Shown here piece by piece: positions 46,001-54,270 of a stretch of DNA of 64,000 bases (the first letter of the stretch is position 1; every line of letters begins with the position of its first letter). A program made the position numbers and the translations under genes. Source of the DNA: an uncultured Coriobacteriia bacterium (GTDB lineage: Bacteria > Actinomycetota > Coriobacteriia > Anaerosomatales > PALSA-660); the NCBI GenBank assembly GCA_903831865.1, contig CAIKZH010000156.1, positions 867 through 64,866 of the forward strand. Reading direction: 5' to 3'. The notes under the pieces were generated by a model. That model saw only the letters and a program-made list of their open reading frames with translations, was not told the origin of the DNA and did not search any database.

Positions 46001-46474
46001 ATGAGCGACATCGAGCAGGTACGGGATCTTCTGGCACGGCAGCTGGACTGGGGGGCGGCGCACGTCGGGTATGTGCGCGCTGTGGCCGACTTCCCCGCGG
46101 AGCTTCGCGCTGAAGTGCCGCGCGGACTCACCCACTCGGGCTGGCAGGTCGTCGAGCACATCCGCCTGGCGCAGGCGGACATCCTCGACTTCTGCGTGAA
46201 CCCCGACTACGTCGCCCGACCGTGGCCTGAGAGCTACTGGCCCGGCGTCGCACCGCGAGACGACGCGGAATGGGAAGCCAGCGTCGAGGACTACCAGCGG
46301 GACCTGAGGACGTTGCAGGAAATGGCTCGCGACGAGAAGACCGACCTCTTCGCCCCGATCGCCTGGGGCGACGGCCAGACGATCCTGCGCGAGCTGTTAC
46401 TGGTGGCCGACCATGGGGCCTACCACGTGGGACAGCTCGTCGCCATGCGACAGACGCTCGGCTGCTGGCACTGA
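46001..46474 (+). CDS. DinB-family (DinB_2) metal-dependent protein
   Basis: ORF 45971..46474 trimmed to ATG 46001 (GGAGG upstream). HIRLAQADIL...VADHGAYHVGQLV is the His-triad helix-bundle pattern. Confidence 0.8.
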   Translation: MSDIEQVRDLLARQLDWGAAHVGYVRAVADFPAELRAEVPRGLTHSGWQVVEHIRLAQADILDFCVNPDYVARPWPESYWPGVAPRDDAEWEASVEDYQRDLRTLQEMARDEKTDLFAPIAWGDGQTILRELLLVADHGAYHVGQLVAMRQTLGCWH

Positions 46475-46497
46475 TGAGTGAAGCTGGCGAGTCGGCT

Positions 46498-46725
46498 TCA
46501 GAGATACCTGGGAACCGGCTCGCTCCACGGCTGTTCGGCGATGGGCAGACGAGCAAGACCCTCTTCGGTGAGCAGAAGCTGCGTTCCTGAAGAGGCGTCG
46601 AGCCGGAAGTAGAGGACGCCGTCCATCCTCCCGCCCTTCCATGTCTCCGGCACCTCGCCGCCGGCGAGCTTCAACAAGAAGAACGCTCGCGCGGTTCCCT
46701 GGACATCATCGGGCATCCTGCCCAT
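46498..46725 (-). CDS. Small conserved hypothetical protein (paralog of 1987..2283)
   Basis: 75 aa. GAAGGGGG/GGAGGG upstream. Shares the TARAFFLLKL...GG..DG.LYF...LTEEGL block with the 1987..2283 product. Confidence 0.5.
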   Translation of the reverse strand: MGRMPDDVQGTARAFFLLKLAGGEVPETWKGGRMDGVLYFRLDASSGTQLLLTEEGLARLPIAEQPWSEPVPRYL

Positions 46726-46886
46726 GCCCTCCGCCCCCTTCCGCGTGCTGACCCGGATCCTTCCTGAGCGCGCGCCCCGGGTCGTGATGCTCCATGCATG
46801 CGTATCGTAGACCCAGGTCGAGGCCTCGGGCAGCCATCACTCTGCCGAAAGGGGGGGCTTGCAGCCGGCCGACGCGAGACGGTGGA

Positions 46887-47068
46887 CTCCACACGTTCTC
46901 TACATTCGGAACACGATGCCGCCACCGGGGCCGGGCATGATGTGAGTGCGGCCATGCGATCGCCGTTCATATCTCCTCCCCCTCCCCACAGGTCCTATCC
47001 GGGACGCCCCTCCCGAAGGACCACCCAAAGCGGCGGGACCCGCCCCGGTCCCGCCGCTTCCCCGTTTC
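46887..47068. repeat. Copy 3 of the three-copy structured element
   Basis: Reads identically to copy 2 over 75 nt (caggtcc...gcttcccc), including hairpin 47030-47057. One nt shorter than copies 1 and 2 inside the mini-ORF. Confidence 0.8.
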
Positions 47069-47218
47069 TTGGAGGCCCCTCCAACCGGGTAACGCACGTC
47101 CACCGTGCTCCTCACGGGAGCATGGCCAGCGTCAAGACCCCGGCTCGCCGGGATGGCCGCAGCACGCGGAGGGCGTCGAGACCCTGATCCACGCGTCGCG
47201 CTCGATCAGACGGCCTCC

Positions 47219-47261
47219 TTGACAATCGCTAGGCGCCTAGGTAATATCACTAGGTACCTAG
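47219..47261 (+). promoter_or_regulatory. Near-consensus sigma-70-type promoter overlapped by two palindromic operators
   Basis: TTGACA (47219-47224), a 17-nt spacer, TAATAT (47242-47247). Palindromes CTAGGCGCCTAG (47229-47240) and CTAGGTACCTAG (47250-47261). AGGAG lies before GTG 47281. Confidence 0.65.
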
Positions 47262-47280
47262 CTATTGCGACAGGAGCCCC

Positions 47281-47721
47281 GTGGAAACCCCGACAGCACA
47301 TCCCGAGTACCTCTCATACCGTGTCAAGCGGGTCTACCTGCTCCTCAGCCAGCGCATCGACGATGCGCTGAAGCCGTATGGGATCGCGCGCAGTCAGTGG
47401 CAGGTCCTCTCCCGCGTGTCGCGTGCCGGCACGCTGGCACAGAAAGACCTCCAGCACGCGATGTGCGTCGAGTCCGCCACGCTGACAGGGATCGTCGACG
47501 TCCTGGCGGCCAGGGGCTGGTTGGTGCGGACCGAGAGCGCGGACGACAAGCGCGTGCGCGTGCTCTCCCTCACCGCCGAGGGCCTTGCGCGCCTCCAGGC
47601 CGTCCCCGATCCATACAAGCTCGTGGAGACACGCATGCTGCATGGCGTTCCCGACGACGAGCGCACGCAGGTGCAGGCGACGCTCGAGACGCTGATCCAC
47701 AACCTCGAAGATCGGAGCTGA
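47281..47721 (+). CDS. MarR-family transcriptional regulator
   Basis: 146 aa. SQWQVLSRVSRAGTLAQKDLQHAMCVESATLTGIVDVLAARGWLVR...DDKRV is a wHTH. Confidence 0.85.
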   Translation: METPTAHPEYLSYRVKRVYLLLSQRIDDALKPYGIARSQWQVLSRVSRAGTLAQKDLQHAMCVESATLTGIVDVLAARGWLVRTESADDKRVRVLSLTAEGLARLQAVPDPYKLVETRMLHGVPDDERTQVQATLETLIHNLEDRS

Positions 47722-47729
47722 CCGTTCCA

Positions 47730-49049
47730 GTGCCCACCCAACCGCAGTCGATAAGCCCGAGCGCCCCCCTGAGCCTGAAGCAGCGCGTGCATCACACGTT
47801 CTCGTCGCTCAAGGTGCGCAACTACCGGCTGTTCTTCATCGGGCAGACGATCTCGCTGTGCGGCACGTGGATGCAGTCCATCGCGCAGGCGCTGCTGGTG
47901 CTCAAGTTGACCAACTCCGGGATCGCGCTGGGACTCGTGGTGGGACTGCAGTGCGCACCGGTGCTGCTGCTCGCCTCCTACGGCGGCTTGCTGGCGGACC
48001 GCTTCCCCAAGCGGAGACTGCTGCTGATCACTCAGTCGTGCGCCGGCGTACTCGCCCTCACTCTGGGCATCCTGGTGGCCACCGGATCGGTGCAGCTGTG
48101 GATGGTCTACATACTCGCGTTCGGGCTGGGCGTCGTGAACGCCGTGGACAACCCGGTCAGGCAGACCTTCATCCACGAGATGGTCGGACGCTCTCAGCTG
48201 ACCAACGCGGTCACGCTGAACTCACTCATCGTGAACATGAGCCGAGTGGTGGGACCGGCCATCGCCGGCGTCATCGTCGCGCAGTTCGGTCTCGCGCCGT
48301 GCTTCGTCGTCAACGGACTCTCCTTCGGAGCCGTGCTGGGCTGCCTCTATCTCATGGACGGCCGCGCCCTGATGAAGTCCGAGCCCGTCAAGGCCGCGAA
48401 GGGACAGCTGCGCGCCGGCTTCAGCTACGCTTGGAAGACGCCGGCCGTTCGCGACGTGCTGCTGATGATGGCGCTGGTGGGAACGCTCACCTACGAGTTC
48501 GTGGTCTCGCTCCCCCTGCTCGCCCACGTCACGTTCCCCGGCACCGAGGCGCAGGTCGCGGCGGGCGTCGCACTGCTGATGGTCGCGATGGGCATCGGAG
48601 CCGTGGTCGGCGGCCTCTTCACCGCAAGCAGGATGACCGCATCGTGGCGCACTCTCACCATCGCGTCCTTCGGTTTCGGGGCGGGGATGGTGATCGTGGC
48701 GCTCTCGCCTTCCCTCATGTGGGCGGCCGCGGCCATGGTCGTCGTCGGGTTCTTCTCGGTCCCGTTCACGTCGCTGACGAACAGCCTGCTGCAGCTTGCA
48801 GCGGCAGCTCGGATGAGGGGACGCGTGATGGCGCTGTGGACGATGGCCTTCATCGGCTCCACCGTGATCGGCGGACCCATCATCGGATGGGTGGGGCAGA
48901 GCGCGGGCCCGCGTTGGGGCCTCGTCGTCGGCGCCGCGGCCGCGGTCGCTGCGGGCGGGATCGGCGTGCGTGTCATGCGCCGCCGCAGCCGCGAGGCAGT
49001 GAGCACGCTGCCTGGCAGCGTCCCGGACCAGGAGCGGCTGCCGGCGTAG
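47730..49049 (+). CDS. MFS transporter (EntS/MFS_3-like)
   Basis: ORF 47265..49049 trimmed to GTG 47730, 9 nt after the MarR stop. About 12 TM helices. FSSLKVRNYRLFFIGQTIS is a typical N-terminus. Confidence 0.85.
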   Translation: MPTQPQSISPSAPLSLKQRVHHTFSSLKVRNYRLFFIGQTISLCGTWMQSIAQALLVLKLTNSGIALGLVVGLQCAPVLLLASYGGLLADRFPKRRLLLITQSCAGVLALTLGILVATGSVQLWMVYILAFGLGVVNAVDNPVRQTFIHEMVGRSQLTNAVTLNSLIVNMSRVVGPAIAGVIVAQFGLAPCFVVNGLSFGAVLGCLYLMDGRALMKSEPVKAAKGQLRAGFSYAWKTPAVRDVLLMMALVGTLTYEFVVSLPLLAHVTFPGTEAQVAAGVALLMVAMGIGAVVGGLFTASRMTASWRTLTIASFGFGAGMVIVALSPSLMWAAAAMVVVGFFSVPFTSLTNSLLQLAAAARMRGRVMALWTMAFIGSTVIGGPIIGWVGQSAGPRWGLVVGAAAAVAAGGIGVRVMRRRSREAVSTLPGSVPDQERLPA

Positions 49050-49061
49050 GTCCGCGGGGCG

Positions 49062-49700
49062 CTACTTCACCCAGGTGACGATCTCGTCCAGCCCTACGCG
49101 CTCGCGCTTCGTCTCGTTCAGCTCCGAGTCGAGATCGGGATAGCCGAGCGCCACAGCGATGACGAACCGCAGGCCTTCGGCGGGCACGACGGGGCGGAGC
49201 ACGTCGGGATAGCGCACGAGCATCGCCATGATGCAGGTGCCGAGCTCATGGGCCGTTGCGGCCAGACAGATGTTCTCCGTCAGCAGCCCCGCGTCGTAGC
49301 TGGAGTACGCCGGCGACAGGCGCTCGTCGGCTGCGAGCAGCAGCAGGATGGGCGCGCCGTAGACGTCCGTGAGTCCGGGCCGCAGCGGCGGGGCCGGCGC
49401 GGCCCCCGGCGCGGGGCGCCGGTAGGTCATGCGCGACGCCAGGTAGTCGGGCCACTGTGTGGCCGGCCACGGGAGGTCGGGCGCGGGCGGCGCCTCGCTG
49501 CCGGCCACGTCGGCCAACCCGGCCTTGACCTTCGCGAGCGCCTCGCCGGTCACGACGAACACCCGCCAGTCCTGCGCATTGCCCCACGAGGGCGCCCATC
49601 GCGCCTCGTCCAGGATCGCGATGACGGTCTCGTCGGGCACGCCATCGGGCAGGAAGGCGCGGATGCTCCTGCGCTCGCGCATCGCGGCGATGATCTCCAT
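49062..49700 (-). CDS. Nitroreductase-family oxidoreductase
   Basis: MRERRSIRAF...EARWAPSWGNAQDWR is the family signature. Confidence 0.85.
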   Translation of the reverse strand: MEIIAAMRERRSIRAFLPDGVPDETVIAILDEARWAPSWGNAQDWRVFVVTGEALAKVKAGLADVAGSEAPPAPDLPWPATQWPDYLASRMTYRRPAPGAAPAPPLRPGLTDVYGAPILLLLAADERLSPAYSSYDAGLLTENICLAATAHELGTCIMAMLVRYPDVLRPVVPAEGLRFVIAVALGYPDLDSELNETKRERVGLDEIVTWVK

Positions 49701-49713
49701 GAGAGCTCCTCTC

Positions 49714-50874
49714 CTACTTCGCGGGCACGTCGTGGAAGGTCGTGGCAGTCTCCTTCAGCAGCTCCCGGATAGGCAGGCCCTGCGGGCAGATCTCCTCGCA
49801 CTGGCCGCACTCCTCGCACAGAGACGCCTTGCCTTTGACCTGCAGATAGCCGGTGGACCACGGGTTCGCGTCGCCCCACATATTGGCCGCGTTCAGCGCG
49901 GCGAAGCAGGCGGGTATGTCGACGCCGGACGGGCAGGGCTGGCAGTAGCGACAGGACGTGCACGCGACCCTGGTCTTCGCCTCGAGCGCGCGGCGCGCGT
50001 CCCGGAGCACACCCAGCTGCTCGTCGGTCAGGGACCCCGCGACGCCGTGCTCCGCCGCCGCGATGTTCTGGTCCACCTGCTCGATGGAGTTCATGCCGGA
50101 CAGCAGCAGACTGACGCCGGGCTCGTTCCAGACGAATCGCAGGGCCCACTCGGCCGGCGACCAGCCCTCAGACCGGGCGTCCAGCACCGACTGGATCTCC
50201 GGCGGAAGGTTCGCGGCCAGCTTGCCGCCCTTGAGCGGCTCCATGGCCACCACGCCGATGCCCTTGGATGCGGCGTAGCGCAGACCCGGCAGGCCGGCCT
50301 GGAAGGCGACGTCCGTGTAGTTGAACTGCATCTGGCCGAAGCCCCAGCCCTCGTACTCGTCGATGATGCGACGGAAGTCCTGGGGCTCGCCGTGGAACGA
50401 GAACGCGGGGAAGCGGATCAGCCCCTCGTCGCGCGCCTTGTCGAGGAACTCGCGCACGCCGAGGTCGCGCATGCGGTCCCACGTGTCGCCGTTGAGCCCG
50501 TGCACCAGGTAGAAGTCGAGGTGGTCCGTCCGCAGCCGCGTGAGCTGCTCCTCGAGGAAGCGGTCCATGTCGTCGCGCGTGCGCACCAGCTGCTGCGGCA
50601 ACTTGGTCGACAGGGTCACGCGCTCGCGCCATCCGTCCGAGAGCGCCTCGCCCACGAAGGGCTCGCTCTGTCCGGCCTGGCCGAACTGGAGGGCGTGGTA
50701 GAAGTACGCGGTGTCCACATAGGTGATGCCGCTGTCGATGGCGTGGCGAAGCATCGGTACTGCGGCTTCGTAGTCGATCTTGTCGGCCTGCTTGTCGATC
50801 ACCGGCAGACGCATACAGCCGAATCCGAGGATGGACGTCTCGACGCCGGTGCGGCCGATCGCGCGATGAAGCAT
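49714..50874 (-). CDS. Aldo/keto reductase with C-terminal 2x[4Fe-4S] ferredoxin-type domain
   Basis: AKR N-terminus (LGFGCMRLP...DTAYFY). Cys clusters CTSCRYCQPCP and CEECGQCEEICP. Confidence 0.85.
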   Translation of the reverse strand: MLHRAIGRTGVETSILGFGCMRLPVIDKQADKIDYEAAVPMLRHAIDSGITYVDTAYFYHALQFGQAGQSEPFVGEALSDGWRERVTLSTKLPQQLVRTRDDMDRFLEEQLTRLRTDHLDFYLVHGLNGDTWDRMRDLGVREFLDKARDEGLIRFPAFSFHGEPQDFRRIIDEYEGWGFGQMQFNYTDVAFQAGLPGLRYAASKGIGVVAMEPLKGGKLAANLPPEIQSVLDARSEGWSPAEWALRFVWNEPGVSLLLSGMNSIEQVDQNIAAAEHGVAGSLTDEQLGVLRDARRALEAKTRVACTSCRYCQPCPSGVDIPACFAALNAANMWGDANPWSTGYLQVKGKASLCEECGQCEEICPQGLPIRELLKETATTFHDVPAK

Positions 50875-50965
50875 GGGACCATCTCCTTGATCTTCGGCGA
50901 CAGGGGCAAGACTACGCTTCGCCCGCGCGCCGGTTCAAGGTGGGCCCATCAGCCCCGCCGAGCAG

Positions 50966-51187
50966 TCAGGCCAGCGCGAACCAGTCGCGACCCAGGATGT
51001 AGCCCTCGTCCTGAAGAGCGGCCACGATGCGCTCGACGGACGTGACAGTGGGGTCGAACTCGAGATGAGCCCGACTCTCGCCGTCGTCCGCGGTCACCGA
51101 AGACACGCCGGGAAGATGCGCCGCGACGTTCTCGATGGCTTTGGAAGAGCGGCGCACGCTCATCCTGCTTAGAACCGTCGATCTCAT
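50966..51187 (-). CDS. HMA-like small protein lacking the metal-binding CxxC
   Basis: 73 aa. The ..A..LPGV..V......A.L.FDP......IV.AL.DEGY pattern fits an HMA fold, but GMTCxxC is replaced by RMSVRRS. Confidence 0.4.
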   Translation of the reverse strand: MRSTVLSRMSVRRSSKAIENVAAHLPGVSSVTADDGESRAHLEFDPTVTSVERIVAALQDEGYILGRDWFALA

Positions 51188-51403
51188 GAGAGCCCCTCCA
51201 GGATCCGCTGCCGACTTGCCCCCGACCTATGCCCTCGCGCTAGCACAGCTCGTGCCATGTGTGGGGACACAAGGACCGCCGCCAGCGCGGGGCTGTCGGA
51301 CCGATGACCGCGCGCGCTGGTCAAGTCGTGCCTACAGGCTTCGCGGCACGCGCCCGATAACAGACTCTGACGGATCGATCGACCACAAGGGATCGAGGCC
51401 ATC

Positions 51404-53362
51404 TTGAGGATATGGGCCTGGGCGGCCGCACTACTGCTCACCACTGCGCTCGCAGTGTGGGGGATGCTCGCCGGCGTCACGTCCGTGGCGCTGGTCGCCG
51501 TCTTCGTTCTGCTGGGTCTGGCCGTGGTCCCGATCCTGGGGCTGCGGTTCGACAGGGCGGCCGCCGAGGTCGCGATACCCGACAAGACCCGCGCACAGCA
51601 GTCGAAGTCGATCCTGGACATCGCCCGGGAGTCGATGAGCTGGATCGGCTCCGGGCTCACCCCGGAGTCGGCCGCCGCCGTGTGCGCCCTCATCCAGCGT
51701 GACACCGGCGCTGCCGCGGTGGCGATCACGGACCGCGAGAAGGTGCTGGGGTTCCAGGGTGTGGCCGCCGACCATCACAAGGTGGGCGGTCCCATCGTCA
51801 CCCAGGCCACCAGGGACGCCATCGCCCGCAACGAGCGCCGGATCATGGTGGATCGCGACGAGATCGGCTGTCCCGACCCCAAGTGCCCTCTTCGCGCGGC
51901 CATCGTCGTCCCGCTCACCGCGGGTGATCAGGCGATCGGCACCCTGAAGTTCTACTACACCGACCCGAAGGATCTGCACGAGACGGCGATCGTGCTGGCC
52001 GAGGGCCTCGCGCACCTGTTCTCGACGCAGCTCGAACTCGACAGCTCGAGAAGAGAGCTCTCGTTCCTGGCGGAACACGACCCGTTGACCGGGCTCAGCA
52101 ACCGCCGAAGGTTCGAGACGGAACTCTCGAAGGAGCTCTCGGAACAGCGAAGGCTCGGCGGCGCCGGTGCGGTGCTCTGGTTCGACCTGGACAACTTCAA
52201 GGACATCAACGACAGCCTGGGGCATGCGGCCGGCGACCAGCTGCTCGCCACCATCGCCGAGGTCCTGCGCGAGACCAGCCGCAGCTACGACGTCGTCGCG
52301 CGGCTGGGGGGCGACGAGTTCGGCGTGCTCATCCCGCACGCGGACCGCGCCGAGGCCACCCAGGCCGCCGCGCGCCTTCGGCGCGAGCTTGCCTCCCACG
52401 CGTTCCACGTCGTGGGCCAAGAGGTGCACGTCACCGCGAGCATGGGGATGGTGTGCTACCCCGAGCACGGGCAGTGCCGCGAGGATCTGCTGGCCCGTGC
52501 CGACCTCGCGATGTACGAGGCCAAGGGCAAGGGCGGCGACGAGCTCATCATCTACGAGCCCGGCGAAGCCGGACACGACCAGATGTCGAAGAACGCCGAG
52601 TGGGCGAGCGCGATCTCCTCGGCGCTACGCGACGATCGCTTCTGCCTGGACGCGCAGCCGATCCGCAGCCTCGTCGGAGGCACGGACGTCGCGTACGAGA
52701 TGCTCCTGCGGATGGTGGGGGAAGACGGGCAGCTGGTGGACGGCGACGAGTTCCTCCCCGTCGCCGAGAGGACTGGGCTCATCGGAGGCATCGACCGCTG
52801 GGTGGCGCGAAGAGCCATACAGCTTCTGGCCGAGGAGAAGGCGCAGGCACGGGACACCGTGCTCGCCATCAACGTCTCTCAGCACGCGTTCGCCGACCAC
52901 GCTCTGCTCGACATCATGCGTGTAGAGTTCGCTTCCACCGCGGTGGCCCCGAGCAGGCTCATCGTCGAGATCTCAGAGTCGGCGGTCGTGGCGGACATCA
53001 CGGGAGCGGCGGAGTTCGTCCGCTCCCTCCGCGAGCTGGGTTGCCGGTTCGCGCTGGACCATGTCGGCTCCGGCAGTTCGCTCTTCTTCTACCTCGAGCA
53101 CCTTGGAGCCGACTTCCTCAAGTTCGACAGCGACCTGATCAAGGGCCTGGAACGCGACGGTGGTCCCACCGACGCGGCGTTGATCCGGGCCCTGGTGGGG
53201 ATGTGCAAAGCCATGCGGATCCCCACGGTCGCTGAGTCGGTCGGGAACGCGAACCTCCTGCATGTGGTCGCCGCCCAGGGCGTCGACTACGTGCAGGGCG
53301 AAGAGGTCGGGCCGGCGGCGTCGCTCGGCAGCCAGGCCGCAAGCGGACCGATCGTTGCCTGA
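51404..53362 (+). CDS. Membrane LytS-type GAF + GGDEF + EAL protein (paralog of the C-terminal two-thirds of 36410..39151)
   Basis: Two N-terminal TM helices. GAF-like ...IGTLKFYY. GGDEF (VARLGGDEFGVL). EAL (YEMLLRM...EISE...DHVG). TTG start at 51404 is uncertain. Confidence 0.85.
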   Translation: MRIWAWAAALLLTTALAVWGMLAGVTSVALVAVFVLLGLAVVPILGLRFDRAAAEVAIPDKTRAQQSKSILDIARESMSWIGSGLTPESAAAVCALIQRDTGAAAVAITDREKVLGFQGVAADHHKVGGPIVTQATRDAIARNERRIMVDRDEIGCPDPKCPLRAAIVVPLTAGDQAIGTLKFYYTDPKDLHETAIVLAEGLAHLFSTQLELDSSRRELSFLAEHDPLTGLSNRRRFETELSKELSEQRRLGGAGAVLWFDLDNFKDINDSLGHAAGDQLLATIAEVLRETSRSYDVVARLGGDEFGVLIPHADRAEATQAAARLRRELASHAFHVVGQEVHVTASMGMVCYPEHGQCREDLLARADLAMYEAKGKGGDELIIYEPGEAGHDQMSKNAEWASAISSALRDDRFCLDAQPIRSLVGGTDVAYEMLLRMVGEDGQLVDGDEFLPVAERTGLIGGIDRWVARRAIQLLAEEKAQARDTVLAINVSQHAFADHALLDIMRVEFASTAVAPSRLIVEISESAVVADITGAAEFVRSLRELGCRFALDHVGSGSSLFFYLEHLGADFLKFDSDLIKGLERDGGPTDAALIRALVGMCKAMRIPTVAESVGNANLLHVVAAQGVDYVQGEEVGPAASLGSQAASGPIVA

Positions 53363-53399
53363 CCCCGTCACCTCGCCCTCAAGGCGGAAGGAGCCACAC

Positions 53400-54245
53400 A
53401 TGGCCTACCCACTGGCAGCATGGAGACCGGCGATCGATGTCCGGCAGTCGCGCAGGACCTACACCCGCGCGCCGCTCACGCAGGAACAGACCGCCAAGCT
53501 GCGCAGACTGTGCAAGGACTTCAGGCCGTTCGACGATGCCCGCGTTGAACTGATCGAGGATGCCGGCGACCTGTTCACCAGCGATGACGTCGGCTACGGC
53601 CGCATCTCAGGGGCGCGCACGGCTCTCGTCTTCATCGGCCGGGTCAAGTCCCCGCAGTCCGATCTCCACGTGGGCTATCTGGGCGAGGCCGCGGTGCTTG
53701 AAGCGACGCGGCTGGGTCTGGGGACGTGCTGGACGCATCGGATGTACAGCGCGAGCACCGTCGCGAGTCACGTCGCCCTCGACTACGGTGAGCGTGTCGT
53801 CGCAGCCAGCCCCGTGGGGTTCGTGCCGTCCGCGCCCAGCATCGGCGAGCGGCTCCAGACGCTGAGCCCGGCGGCCACCGAGCGGCTCCCCGTTGCCGGG
53901 ATCGCGGAGTCGCAGTGTCTGACGCACTCCCGCGGGATGTACCGCGAGCCGCTGGAAGCGGTCCGCCGGGCTCCCTCACCGCTCAACCGGCAGGTCTGGC
54001 GGTTCACCGTCGAGGACGGCTGTCTGTGCCTCACGCTCGCGGCGGGCCAGGAAGTGACCCGCTGCCCGAAGCGGATCGACGCGGGCATCGCGATGCTGCA
54101 CGTGGACGTCGCCATGGCGGCCACCGGCCACGAGGGGAAGTGGGAGACCTGCGGCAGCGCGCCAGTGGCCCGCTGGCGCCCGAGACTCGCAGTCGTGGAC
54201 GACATCGCCGAAGAGAACGACAGGCGACACCCGATCTACACGTGA
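53400..54245 (+). CDS. Nitroreductase-like family protein
   Basis: ORF 53262..54245 trimmed to ATG 53400 (GGAAGGAG upstream). ...IDVRQSRRTY... N-terminus and GLGTCW block. Confidence 0.65.
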   Translation: MAYPLAAWRPAIDVRQSRRTYTRAPLTQEQTAKLRRLCKDFRPFDDARVELIEDAGDLFTSDDVGYGRISGARTALVFIGRVKSPQSDLHVGYLGEAAVLEATRLGLGTCWTHRMYSASTVASHVALDYGERVVAASPVGFVPSAPSIGERLQTLSPAATERLPVAGIAESQCLTHSRGMYREPLEAVRRAPSPLNRQVWRFTVEDGCLCLTLAAGQEVTRCPKRIDAGIAMLHVDVAMAATGHEGKWETCGSAPVARWRPRLAVVDDIAEENDRRHPIYT

Positions 54246-54270
54246 GGACGCGCGACTCCTCATCCGAGGG

